DNA from: Armatimonadota bacterium
Lineage (GTDB): Bacteria > Armatimonadota > Armatimonadia > Armatimonadales > Armatimonadaceae
DNA: 20,240 nucleotides
Direction: 5' to 3'
Assembly: GCA_043754515.1 (NCBI GenBank)
Contig: JAYUUO010000312.1
Span: 1 to 20,240, forward strand
Shown here piece by piece: positions 1 to 8,322 of the stretch; the first letter of the stretch is position 1, and the number at the start of each line of letters is the position of its first letter. The notes beneath the pieces are model-generated. The model worked only from the letters and a program-made list of their open reading frames with translations, did not search any database and was not told the DNA's origin. The position numbers and the translations under genes were made by a program.

Positions 1-99
1 CTGATCAACCCGATCGCGATGGAGGAGGGGCTGCGGTTCGCGATCCGCGAGGGCGGCCACACCGTGGGCGCCGGCGTCGTCGCAAAGGTCCTACTGTAG
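1..99 (+). CDS. tuf: Elongation factor Tu, C-terminal 32 codons (partial, cut by window start)
   Basis: Frame 1 reads [32 protein letters not shown], the canonical EF-Tu C-terminus. It lies directly upstream of rpsJ. Confidence 0.97.
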   Translation: MINPIAMEEGLRFAIREGGHTVGAGVVAKVLL

Positions 100-107
100 A
101 GTTAGTT

Positions 108-149
108 AAAGCGAGGTCTCCCGGCCTGGTGCCGGGAACCTCGCTTTTT
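108..149 (+). terminator. Rho-independent terminator-like hairpin after tuf
   Basis: AAAGCGAGGT(C)TCCCGGC (108-125) pairs with GCCGGGAACCTCGCTTT (131-147), with a T5 tract at 145-149. Confidence 0.8.
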
Positions 150-192
150 CGTGCGTGCGACAGAACCGCGCGACCGTTCAACGAAAGAAGCT

Positions 193-507
193 ATGCGAAA
201 AGATACAAACAAAGTCCGCATCCGTTTACGCGCTTTTGACCACCGTTTGCTGGATCAATCGGCGGAGAAGATCGTGGAAACCGTGCGACGAACCGGCGCG
301 CGTATTAGCGGCCCGGTGTTGCTACCGACCGAAAAGCGGCGATTCACCGTCCAGCGCTCCGCCACCATTGACAAAGAGTCCATGGAGCACTTCGAGTTGC
401 GGACACACAAGCGACTGATAGACATACTCAGCCCCGGCCCGAAGACCATTGACGCCCTGATGCGCTTGGATCTGCCGAGCGGCGTTGACATCGAGATCAA
501 ACTTTAA
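193..507 (+). CDS. rpsJ: 30S ribosomal protein S10 (uS10)
   Basis: [18 protein letters not shown]...[13 protein letters not shown]...[16 protein letters not shown] at 193 gives the typical length of 104 aa. Confidence 0.98.
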   Translation: MRKDTNKVRIRLRAFDHRLLDQSAEKIVETVRRTGARISGPVLLPTEKRRFTVQRSATIDKESMEHFELRTHKRLIDILSPGPKTIDALMRLDLPSGVDIEIKL

Positions 508-611
508 CAAGGAAAGAACCGCGTCACGCAGGGAACCGCTTTCCGCCATTCTTTAGAGCTAAGAGAAATGTGGTCGGCTGGTCTCCTCAGGTGCGCCGTG
601 GAGGATAGAGA

Positions 612-1295
612 ATGGCTGTACGTGGGATGCTCGGCAAAAAAGTCGGCATGACACAGATTTTTGATACGGATGGCAAGGTGATCCCGGTGACGGTGGTGGC
701 GACCGAGCCGAACGTGATCTCCCAGGTGAGGACTGTTGAGAAGGATGGGTATTCCGCCGCGCAACTCGCCTACCAGGAGATCAAGGTGACCCGACTGACC
801 CGCCCGGCGCAGGGGCACTTCGCCGCCGCCGGGATCGCGCCGATGAAGTATCTGTGCGAGTTCGACATTCAAGAGGGTTCGACAGCGACCGTGGGAGAGA
901 CGATCACGCCGACCGATGTTTTCACGGTCGGGGAGCGAATTCAAATCGCGGGTGTGTCGAAGGGTAAGGGCTTCGCGGGCGTCGTGAAGCGGTACCACTT
1001 CCGGGGCCAGGAAGCGTCGCACGGCTCGTCCTTGAACGGGCGTAAGCCGATGTCGTCGGGCGCGACCGACGCCGCGCGTACCTTCAAAGGCACGCGCAAA
1101 CCGGGCCGCATGGGCAACGAACGCGTCACCCAACAGGGCTTGAAGCTGATCCAGATTGATGCTGACCGCAACATCGTTCTGATTAAGGGAGCGATCCCCG
1201 GCGCGAACGGCGGCCTAGTGTATCTAGAGAAGATGCACCGCGTGATCCGCGAGCCGCAGCAGGCGGTTCAGGTCAAATCCAGCAAGAAGAAATAA
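612..1295 (+). CDS. rplC: 50S ribosomal protein L3 (uL3)
   Basis: [35 protein letters not shown] and KGAIPG motifs; SD GGAGGA upstream. Confidence 0.98.
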   Translation: MAVRGMLGKKVGMTQIFDTDGKVIPVTVVATEPNVISQVRTVEKDGYSAAQLAYQEIKVTRLTRPAQGHFAAAGIAPMKYLCEFDIQEGSTATVGETITPTDVFTVGERIQIAGVSKGKGFAGVVKRYHFRGQEASHGSSLNGRKPMSSGATDAARTFKGTRKPGRMGNERVTQQGLKLIQIDADRNIVLIKGAIPGANGGLVYLEKMHRVIREPQQAVQVKSSKKK

Positions 1296-1314
1296 TCTTC
1301 CTGCTTCCTGCCGC

Positions 1315-1460
1315 GAGCGGCGTGTGTCACGCCGCTCCTTACAGCCGGGCGCACTTTCGCGTCCGGCGGGCGGGGATGCCGACCAACCGTCGGCGTTCTC
1401 GTCCCCTCAAGCGGATAGCTCACGGCGGCGGTTGCGAAATCAACCGACGTCGGTATCCGC
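1315..1460 (+). other. Array of four consecutive RNA hairpins in the ~265-nt rplC-rplD spacer
   Basis: Stems at 1315-1337 (10 bp perfect), 1344-1367 (9 bp), 1368-1404 (16 bp including G-U) and 1411-1460 (GCGGATA/TATCCGC enclosing CGGTTG/CAACCG). Confidence 0.6.
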
Positions 1461-1560
1461 GCCGTGCTGAAAGCCGCGCCTCCAGCCGGATCGCTCATCC
1501 CGATTCGGTACGCCGCGACTGTCGTATACGGCTTATGCTGACTACAATGGAGAAATGAAT

Positions 1561-2277
1561 ATGCCTACCGTGGCAATAAAAACGAAGGACGGCTCGTCCG
1601 CCGGGGAGATCGTTCTATCGGAACGAGTCTTCGGCGCGAAGCTGAACATCCCCCTGATTCACCAGGCGGTGAAGGCGGAACTAGAAAATAAACGACAGGG
1701 CACGAAAAACTCGCTCGGTCGTTCCGACATGGACTCGGGCGGCGCGAAGCCGTATAAGCAAAAGGGAACCGGCCGCGCCCGACAGGGTTCGACCGCCGCG
1801 CCGCACTACCGACATGGTGGCAAGGCGTTGTCTTTCCACCCTCGCGATATGGGGCACGCCTTCCCGAAGAAGATGCGCCGCGGAGCGATCCGCTCCGCGC
1901 TGTCCGCGAAACTCGCCGACGGCGAGATGTTCATCGTGGAAGAAGTGCCGCTGAACGGCGTGATCTCGACCAAGGTCGCGGCGGCGTTTCTGAGCGGCGT
2001 CACTTCAAACGCCCGGAAGAGTCTAGTCGTCGTGGAGTCGCACGGAGACATCGTGATTAAGTCGGTGCGTAACATCGCCGGTGTGACCGTCCGGGTCGCG
2101 CCGGAGTTCTCGGCGCGCGACGTCGTGGACGGCGGCGTGGTGATAATGACGCGCGGCGCGGTCGCGAAGATCGAAGCACTGCTCGGCGACAAGATCGAAG
2201 CGGAGCCGAATGGCGAGTCCGGGATTGTTGCCTCGACTGAAACGCTTATCGCCACGGAAGGGGAAACCAATGCCTGA
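1561..2277 (+). CDS. rplD: 50S ribosomal protein L4 (uL4) with acidic C-terminal tail
   Basis: RQGT...GGAKPYKQKGTGRARQGS...GG...PKKMRRGAIRSALS. Start is 1561 (GGAG 8 nt upstream) or 1555. Confidence 0.97.
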   Translation: MPTVAIKTKDGSSAGEIVLSERVFGAKLNIPLIHQAVKAELENKRQGTKNSLGRSDMDSGGAKPYKQKGTGRARQGSTAAPHYRHGGKALSFHPRDMGHAFPKKMRRGAIRSALSAKLADGEMFIVEEVPLNGVISTKVAAAFLSGVTSNARKSLVVVESHGDIVIKSVRNIAGVTVRVAPEFSARDVVDGGVVIMTRGAVAKIEALLGDKIEAEPNGESGIVASTETLIATEGETNA

Positions 2278-2587
2278 TCTTTATCAGATTATCGAGCGTC
2301 CGCTCATCACGGAAAAGGCGTTGAGCCTTTCCAGCAAGAACCAGTACGCCTTCGTGGTTCACAAGAACGCGAACAAGCACCAGATCAAGGAAGCCGTCGA
2401 GTCGCTGTTCACGCAACCGAACGGTGAGAAACTTACCGTCGCGACGGTGAACACGATCAACCTCAAGCCCAAGGTGAAGCGGTTCCGCGCCTTCGGTCGG
2501 GTGACGGTCGGCAAGGCGGGTGGCATCAAGAAAGCCTTTGTCACGCTTGTCGCCGGTCAGACGATTCAGATATACGAGGGGGTTTAA
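2270..2587 (+). CDS. rplW: 50S ribosomal protein L23 (uL23)
   Basis: IIERPLITEKA...YAFVVHKNANKHQIKEAVESLF...VNTIN...KKAFVTL. The ATG overlaps the rplD end. Confidence 0.96.
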   Translation: MPDLYQIIERPLITEKALSLSSKNQYAFVVHKNANKHQIKEAVESLFTQPNGEKLTVATVNTINLKPKVKRFRAFGRVTVGKAGGIKKAFVTLVAGQTIQIYEGV

Positions 2588-2592
2588 CGTAA

Positions 2593-3426
2593 ATGGCTGT
2601 ACGAAAATACAAACCCGTAACGCCCGGTCGGCGCTTCATGGCGATCGCCTCTTACAAAGAGATCACGAAGGGCAAGCCGGAGAAGGCTCTTGTCGCGCCG
2701 CTCAGGAAGTTCGGCGGACGTAACAACACGGGCAAGATGACGATCCGCAACCACGGCGGTGGCAACAAGCGGATGTACCGCCTGATTGACTTCAAACGGC
2801 AGAAGGACGGCATGATGGCGGATGTGATCGCGATCGAGTATGATCCGAACCGCACTTCGCGCATCGCGCTGATCCAGTACGCGGATGGCCAGAAGTCTTA
2901 CATCATCGCTCCGAACGGCGTCACGGTCGGGGACAAAATCTCCTCCGGCGCGGACGCGGATATCAAGCCGGGTTGCGCTCTACCGCTCCAGAATATCCCG
3001 GTCGGGACGCTGATCCACAATGTGGAACTGCATCCGGGCCGGGGCGGTCAGATGGCGCGATCGGCGGGGAACTACGCGCAGTTGATGGCGAAGGAAGAAA
3101 GATACGCGCTTCTGCGTCTGCCTTCGAGCGAAATGCGCCGTGTGCTCATCGTCTGCCGCGCGACCGTCGGTCAGGTCGGCAATCTGGACCACGAGAACGA
3201 GAAGATGGGAAAAGCAGGCAAGAACCGCTGGCTAGGTCGGACGCCACACACCCGTGGCGTCGTGATGAACCCACGAGACCACCCGCATGGTGGTGGCGAG
3301 GGTAAGTCGCCGGTCGGTCGGAAGAAGGGACCTGTTTCGGCGACGGGCGTGTTGGCACTCGGTTTCAAGACCCGGCGCAACAAGTCCACTGATAAGTACA
3401 TCGTCAAGCGACGCAACTCTAAGTAA
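2593..3426 (+). CDS. rplB: 50S ribosomal protein L2 (uL2)
   Basis: [23 protein letters not shown] and [17 protein letters not shown] motifs. Confidence 0.99.
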   Translation: MAVRKYKPVTPGRRFMAIASYKEITKGKPEKALVAPLRKFGGRNNTGKMTIRNHGGGNKRMYRLIDFKRQKDGMMADVIAIEYDPNRTSRIALIQYADGQKSYIIAPNGVTVGDKISSGADADIKPGCALPLQNIPVGTLIHNVELHPGRGGQMARSAGNYAQLMAKEERYALLRLPSSEMRRVLIVCRATVGQVGNLDHENEKMGKAGKNRWLGRTPHTRGVVMNPRDHPHGGGEGKSPVGRKKGPVSATGVLALGFKTRRNKSTDKYIVKRRNSK

Positions 3427-3566
3427 TCCCACCGGGGCACGCTGGTTGCGTCCATGTTGGCAGGTATGGTTTAGGCCGCCTGACCACGCGGAAAACGGCG
3501 GGGTTTCCTGTTCCCTTTTGCTATGTGCGAGGGGGGGGGATCCGCCGGACACCGCAGGAGAATATT

Positions 3567-3854
3567 ATGGGACGTTCTTTAAAGAAGGGTCCGTTCGCGG
3601 AACCGAAATTACTCGAAAAGATAGAGGGGATGAATGAGCGGGGCGAGAAGCGCATCGTGAAGACGTGGTCGCGCCGCTCTACTATTTTTCCCCAGTTCAT
3701 CGGGCACACGTTCGCCGTCCATGACGGCAAGAAACATATCCCCGTTCTGGTGACGGAGAATATGGTTGGCCACAAACTAGGCGAGTTCGCCCAGACGCGC
3801 CCCTTTAAGGGACACGCGGGTGGCACCGGTCAATCATCGAAAGTGCGGAAGTAA
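3567..3854 (+). CDS. rpsS: 30S ribosomal protein S19 (uS19)
   Basis: [10 protein letters not shown]...[11 protein letters not shown]...[16 protein letters not shown] upstream of ATG 3567. Confidence 0.98.
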   Translation: MGRSLKKGPFAEPKLLEKIEGMNERGEKRIVKTWSRRSTIFPQFIGHTFAVHDGKKHIPVLVTENMVGHKLGEFAQTRPFKGHAGGTGQSSKVRK

Positions 3855-3872
3855 GGAGCGACAGACACTACT

Positions 3873-4427
3873 ATGGAAGCAAAAGCCACCGCGAAGTATG
3901 TCCGTGCCACTCCGCGCAAAGTACGATTTGTTCTGCAAACGATCAAAGGCAAGTATGCGCAAGACGCATTGAACATGCTCCGCTTTATCCCGAACCAGGC
4001 CGCCGACGAGATCGCGAACGTCCTGAAGTCAGCCATGGCGAACGCCGTCACGAACCACGGCATGTCGGGCGAGTACCTAATGGTCGCGAACTCGTTCGTT
4101 GACCCAGGTCCGACGCAGAAGCGTGTCCAGCCGCGTGCGCAAGGGCGGGCGTACCGCATCCTGAAGCGCACGAGCCATATCACGGTTATCGTCGAGGAGG
4201 GCACGCCGCCCCCGACCACTGGACAGCGCGAGTTGGAGATCAAGCGACGCGGGCCGAAGCCGCCGTTGCTCGCCATGATCGCGTCACCCGTGATAGCCCC
4301 GGCTCCGGAAGCTGCGCCGGTCGAGGAGATCGCGCCGGTCGCGACGGATACGATAACCGAAGTCGCGGATGCGACTACAGACGCCGCCCCGGTCGCCGAG
4401 CACACGGCCACGGAAGGGCAGGAGTAA
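3873..4427 (+). CDS. rplV: 50S ribosomal protein L22 (uL22) with ~70-aa Pro/Ala/acidic C-terminal extension
   Basis: PRKVR...SAMANA...GPTQKRVQPRAQGRAYRILKRTSHITV core, followed by a low-complexity tail. Confidence 0.97.
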   Translation: MEAKATAKYVRATPRKVRFVLQTIKGKYAQDALNMLRFIPNQAADEIANVLKSAMANAVTNHGMSGEYLMVANSFVDPGPTQKRVQPRAQGRAYRILKRTSHITVIVEEGTPPPTTGQRELEIKRRGPKPPLLAMIASPVIAPAPEAAPVEEIAPVATDTITEVADATTDAAPVAEHTATEGQE

Positions 4428-4430
4428 CGC

Positions 4431-5477
4431 ATGGGACATAAAATTAACCCGATCGGGTTCCGCATAGGTGTGATTCGGGATGCGGACAGCAAGTGGTACG
4501 CGGATAAGAAAAACCTGCCACGTCTGCTTCGCGAAGATTATGACATCCGTCTGATCGTGAAGAAGCGCAAGGGATGGGACAACGCGGCCATCGCGAAGAC
4601 GGAGATTGAGCGACAGGCGAACCAGGTAACCGTCACGCTCCACACCGCGAAGCCTGGTATCATCATCGGGCGCGGCGGCAAGGGTATTGACGATCTGAAG
4701 GCGGACCTCGAGAAGCTGACCAAAAAAGTGGTGCGCGTCAATGTCCAGGAGATTCGCCACCTGGAGACGAACGCGCAACTGGTCGCGGAATCTATCGCGC
4801 AACAGATCGAAAAGCGTATCGGTTACAAGCGTGCCATGCGGCAGGCCGTAACCCGCGCCATGAAACTCGGCGTTCGTGGAATCCGGTGCGCGTGTGCCGG
4901 TCGTTTGGGCGGCGCGGAAATGGCTCGGCGCGAGCAGGATCGTCAGGGGAAGATCCCATTGCACACGCTCCGCGCGGACATTGACTACGGCTTCGACGAG
5001 GCGTTGACCCAGTACGGTCACATCGGCGTTAAGGTCTGGATCTATAAGGGCGACATCCTCCCCGGTGCGCGGCGTCCGGTCGAGGCACCGGCGGCTCCGC
5101 GACCGGAACGGCGTGATGATCGCCGTGATCGGCGCGACGGTGGTCGTGATGGGGGCCGCGACGGCGGCGGGCGTGACGGCGGACGCGGCGGCTATGGCGG
5201 CGGCGGGCGTGACGGCGGTGGCGGCGGTCGCCCCGGCGGCGGGTACGGCGGCGGTGGCAGCGGCCGTCCTGGTGGCGGTGGCGGATTCGGCGGCGGTGGA
5301 TATGGCGGCGGCGGTCGCCCCGGTGGCGGCGGCGGGTTCGGCGGTAACCGCGGGCCGGGCAACGGCATGGGCGGCGGCCCACGTCCTCAGGGCGGCGGGG
5401 ACCGCGCCGGCGGGACATATACGGGTGGCGGTTCGTACACGACAGCCGCGCCTCCCACTACGGGCGGCGAAGGCTAA
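4431..5477 (+). CDS. rpsC: 30S ribosomal protein S3 (uS3) with long Gly/Arg-rich tail
   Basis: [45 protein letters not shown] and GVKVWIYKG motifs. Confidence 0.98.
   Translation: MGHKINPIGFRIGVIRDADSKWYADKKNLPRLLREDYDIRLIVKKRKGWDNAAIAKTEIERQANQVTVTLHTAKPGIIIGRGGKGIDDLKADLEKLTKKVVRVNVQEIRHLETNAQLVAESIAQQIEKRIGYKRAMRQAVTRAMKLGVRGIRCACAGRLGGAEMARREQDRQGKIPLHTLRADIDYGFDEALTQYGHIGVKVWIYKGDILPGARRPVEAPAAPRPERRDDRRDRRDGGRDGGRDGGGRDGGRGGYGGGGRDGGGGGRPGGGYGGGGSGRPGGGGGFGGGGYGGGGRPGGGGGFGGNRGPGNGMGGGPRPQGGGDRAGGTYTGGGSYTTAAPPTTGGEG
5101..5440 (+). repeat. GGC-rich low-complexity coding repeats ([21 protein letters not shown] units) in the rpsC tail
   Basis: Imperfect direct repeats visible in both DNA and protein. 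Confidence 0.85.
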
Positions 5478-5497
5478 ACGAAAGGAAACTATAGCAA

Positions 5498-5992
5498 ATG
5501 CCATTACTTTCTCCCAAGCGTGTCAAGTTCCGCCGTATGCACCGCGGACACCGGCGTGGTAAAGCGTCGGGAGGCACGGCGGTGAGTTTCGGGGATTACG
5601 GGATGCAGGCACTCGAATCTTGCTGGATGACGGCGAACCAGATCGAGTCTGCGCGTATCGCGATGACCCGCAAGATCCGGCGCGGCGGAAAGATCTGGAT
5701 TCGGATCTTCCCCGACAAGTCGTATACAAAGAAGCCAGCGGAGACCCGCATGGGTTCCGGTAAGGGTGCGCCCGAGGGCTGGGTCGCGGTGATCAAGCCG
5801 GGGCGCATCCTGTTCGAGATGGCGGGAGTTACCGAGGAGCTAGCAAAAGAGGCGATGCGGCTAGCGTCGCACAAACTTCCGATCAGCGTGAAGTTTGTTT
5901 CCAAGAAGGACATGGAAGCGGGCGCGGCGGCGAAGGCGGTCGCGGAGTTGACCGGCACGAACGACGGCACCGCGACGGAAACGGAAGGATAA
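5498..5992 (+). CDS. rplP: 50S ribosomal protein L16 (uL16) with C-terminal extension
   Basis: [41 protein letters not shown] and KLP motifs. Confidence 0.98.
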   Translation: MPLLSPKRVKFRRMHRGHRRGKASGGTAVSFGDYGMQALESCWMTANQIESARIAMTRKIRRGGKIWIRIFPDKSYTKKPAETRMGSGKGAPEGWVAVIKPGRILFEMAGVTEELAKEAMRLASHKLPISVKFVSKKDMEAGAAAKAVAELTGTNDGTATETEG

Positions 5993-5998
5993 GAGCAA

Positions 5999-6256
5999 AT
6001 GGCGGACGAGAAACTTTCCGTGATTATCAAGAAACAGCGCGAGGAGTTCGCGGCCATGGACGCCGCTGCTCTGAGAGCGCGGCTGGACGCCGAGAAGAGG
6101 ACGCACTGGACCCTGAAGTTTACACAGGGCAAGCGGATGCTCACCGACACCGCGTCGCTCACCAATTCGCGTAAGACGATAGCGCGGCTGAACATGTATA
6201 TACACCAGATAACCGAGGCCGCTAAAGTAGCGGCGTTCACGGAGGCGGCTGACTAG
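5999..6256 (+). CDS. rpmC: 50S ribosomal protein L29 (uL29), divergent, with terminal extensions
   Basis: Position between rplP and rpsQ; helical pattern ending ...LKFTQG...RKTIARLN, typical of L29. Confidence 0.88.
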   Translation: MADEKLSVIIKKQREEFAAMDAAALRARLDAEKRTHWTLKFTQGKRMLTDTASLTNSRKTIARLNMYIHQITEAAKVAAFTEAAD

Positions 6257-6258
6257 CG

Positions 6259-6549
6259 ATGGAAGAAACAACAACTGTGGCCACGCAACCCGCGCTCGAG
6301 CGGAACTCCCGGCGCACGTTGCGCGGGGTGGTGACGTCCGACAAGATGATGCAAACCATCGTGATCACGGTCACCCGCACCAAGCAACACCCGCTGTACG
6401 GACGGACGATGAAATCGTCCAAGAAGTACAAGGCGCACGACGAGCACGGCGAGGGCGGCGTCGGCGACACCGTGGAGATCATGGCGTGCCGACCGATCTC
6501 GAAAGAGAAGTCGTGGCGCCTCCTGCGGATACTGGATAAGGCGAAGTAA
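6259..6549 (+). CDS. rpsQ: 30S ribosomal protein S17 (uS17)
   Basis: GVVTSDKM...HPLYG...KKYKAHDE...[16 protein letters not shown]. Confidence 0.98.
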   Translation: MEETTTVATQPALERNSRRTLRGVVTSDKMMQTIVITVTRTKQHPLYGRTMKSSKKYKAHDEHGEGGVGDTVEIMACRPISKEKSWRLLRILDKAK

Positions 6550-6663
6550 TTTGCCCCGCGCCGCCGGTTCTTCCGGCGGTGCCGGGACCGTACGCCGTCC
6601 CCCATTAGACGGGGCGGTAAATGACGGGGCAACCCGCCCGCGTCATTGAAGGAAATATAAACG

Positions 6664-7041
6664 ATGATTATGCAATACACCCGCCTGAAGGCGGCGGACA
6701 ATTCCGGAGCGCGAACGCTTCTGGTGATCCGGATTCTGAAAGGCTCGACCACACATGTCGGGCATGTAGGCGATGTGGTCGTCGCCGCCGTTAAGTCGGC
6801 GACGCCGGGCGCGAACGTGAAAAAGGGCGACGTGGTGAAGGCGGTCATTGTCCGCACAAAGTACCCTATCAAGCGTTCCGACGGCTCGACATTGCGCTTC
6901 GATGAGAACGCCGCCGTGGTACTCAAAGCCAATCTGGAGCCGCAGGGCACCCGCGTTTTCGGCCCGATAGCTCGTGAACTGCGCGAAGCGAGCCGCGCCG
7001 GTGGCATGAAGATCATCTCGCTCGCACCGGAGGTACTGTAA
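6664..7041 (+). CDS. rplN: 50S ribosomal protein L14 (uL14)
   Basis: [41 protein letters not shown] and [10 protein letters not shown] motifs. Confidence 0.98.
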   Translation: MIMQYTRLKAADNSGARTLLVIRILKGSTTHVGHVGDVVVAAVKSATPGANVKKGDVVKAVIVRTKYPIKRSDGSTLRFDENAAVVLKANLEPQGTRVFGPIARELREASRAGGMKIISLAPEVL

Positions 7042-7042
7042 A

Positions 7043-7459
7043 ATGCCGAAGCAACCGATCCCTTACGCGGGAAAAATGCGCATCAAGACCGGCGATAACG
7101 TGATGATTATCTCCGGCAGAGACAAGGGAAAGACCGGCAAGGTCATCCAGGTTTTCCCGACACAGGGCAAACTGATCATCGTTGACGAGGTGAACACCCG
7201 CACCGATGAACAGGGCGTTTCCTCGCCGACGCCGCTCAACTCGGCGATCAAGCACGTCAAGGGCCAGCCGACCGCACAGGACCCGAACCCGGTCGGCGGG
7301 CGGATCACGATCCCGCTCCCGATAGCGGTCTGCAAGGTCGCCCTAGTGAACTCGGAAGGCAAGCCGACCCGCATCCGCATCCATGTCGCGGAAGACGGCA
7401 CCCGATCCCGCGTCGCGGTTAAGGGCGGTCAACCGATCCCCGACCCGGCACGCGCTTAA
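7043..7459 (+). CDS. rplX: 50S ribosomal protein L24 (uL24), with insertion
   Basis: KOW motif [21 protein letters not shown]; position between rplN and rplE. Confidence 0.95.
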   Translation: MPKQPIPYAGKMRIKTGDNVMIISGRDKGKTGKVIQVFPTQGKLIIVDEVNTRTDEQGVSSPTPLNSAIKHVKGQPTAQDPNPVGGRITIPLPIAVCKVALVNSEGKPTRIRIHVAEDGTRSRVAVKGGQPIPDPARA

Positions 7460-7545
7460 CACCCCTCGCGCCGATGGGCGAACAGTCCAGCGGCGCGAGA
7501 CGACCCTTCGCTTGGAAACCGAAGGAAAGGAATAGATAAACACCG

Positions 7546-8187
7546 ATGGCACGAAAAGACGCGGCTCCCACGGGACCGCAAAACGAACCGGATAACTACG
7601 TTCCGAACTTGCTGAGCTTCTACCGCGACCGCGTGGTGGCCTCCGTGACGAAGGAGTTCGGTTACAAGAATGTGATGCAGGTCCCGAAGATTGACAAGGT
7701 CGTGATCAACATGGGCGTCGGGCAGGCGGGTCAAACCGGCGGCGACGCGAAGCTACTCGACAACGCGATCCGCGACCTGACGCTGATCTCTGGGCAGAAG
7801 CCTGCTGTCTGCGTGGCGAAGAAATCTATCGCTAACTTCCGCCTGCGAGAAGGCGCGAAGATCGGCGCGAAGGTGACGCTACGTGGCACCCGCATGTACG
7901 AGTTCCTCGACCGGCTGTTCAACATCACGCTCCCCCGTGTGCGTGACTTCCAGGGCATCAACCCGAACTCGTTCGACGGGCGCGGCAACTTCGCGATGGG
8001 CATGAAGGAGCAGCTGGTATTCCCCGAGATCGAGTACGACAAGATAGACAAGATCCGCGGCATGGACATCATCATCTGCACCACGGCCATAAACGATGTC
8101 GAAGCGCGGTTCCTGCTCAAGGAGATGGGTCTTCCCTTCCGCCAAGCAGGCGCGACCGGCTCCGGCGGCGCGGTTCGCATGTTGTAG
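7546..8187 (+). CDS. rplE: 50S ribosomal protein L5 (uL5) with short terminal extensions
   Basis: [49 protein letters not shown] and GMDI motifs. Confidence 0.98.
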   Translation: MARKDAAPTGPQNEPDNYVPNLLSFYRDRVVASVTKEFGYKNVMQVPKIDKVVINMGVGQAGQTGGDAKLLDNAIRDLTLISGQKPAVCVAKKSIANFRLREGAKIGAKVTLRGTRMYEFLDRLFNITLPRVRDFQGINPNSFDGRGNFAMGMKEQLVFPEIEYDKIDKIRGMDIIICTTAINDVEARFLLKEMGLPFRQAGATGSGGAVRML

Positions 8188-8212
8188 GTAGCGGTTCCGA
8201 TTCGCTTACGAT

Positions 8213-8248
8213 GGCGCGCGGCAGTTCTGCCGCGCGCCCTCGTCGTTT
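8213..8248 (+). terminator. Strong GC-rich hairpin closing the ribosomal protein cluster (probable terminator)
   Basis: GGCGCGCGGCAG-TT-CTGCCGCGCGCC perfect inverted repeat at 8213-8238, about 25 nt after the rplE stop. Only a weak T tract follows. Confidence 0.6.
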
Positions 8249-8322
8249 AACCGGGTATACGGAGTCTCCCTTCGCGCGTTCGCGCCTACCGCCGGGTAAA
8301 ATAGCGGGAGGAGTATCTTTCC

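Noticed and set aside
1322..1558. 78-aa ORF in the rplC-rplD spacer as an inserted gene or leader peptide
   Set aside because: No SD, Arg-rich composition typical of non-coding GC-rich DNA, and the region is better explained by RNA hairpins. Translation cannot be fully excluded.
4284..5504. 406-aa minus-strand ORF and other long antisense or alternate-frame ORFs over ribosomal genes, pckG, pheA and the BY-kinase-like gene
   Set aside because: Shadow ORFs expected from high-GC codon usage and GGC repeats; no recognisable motifs.
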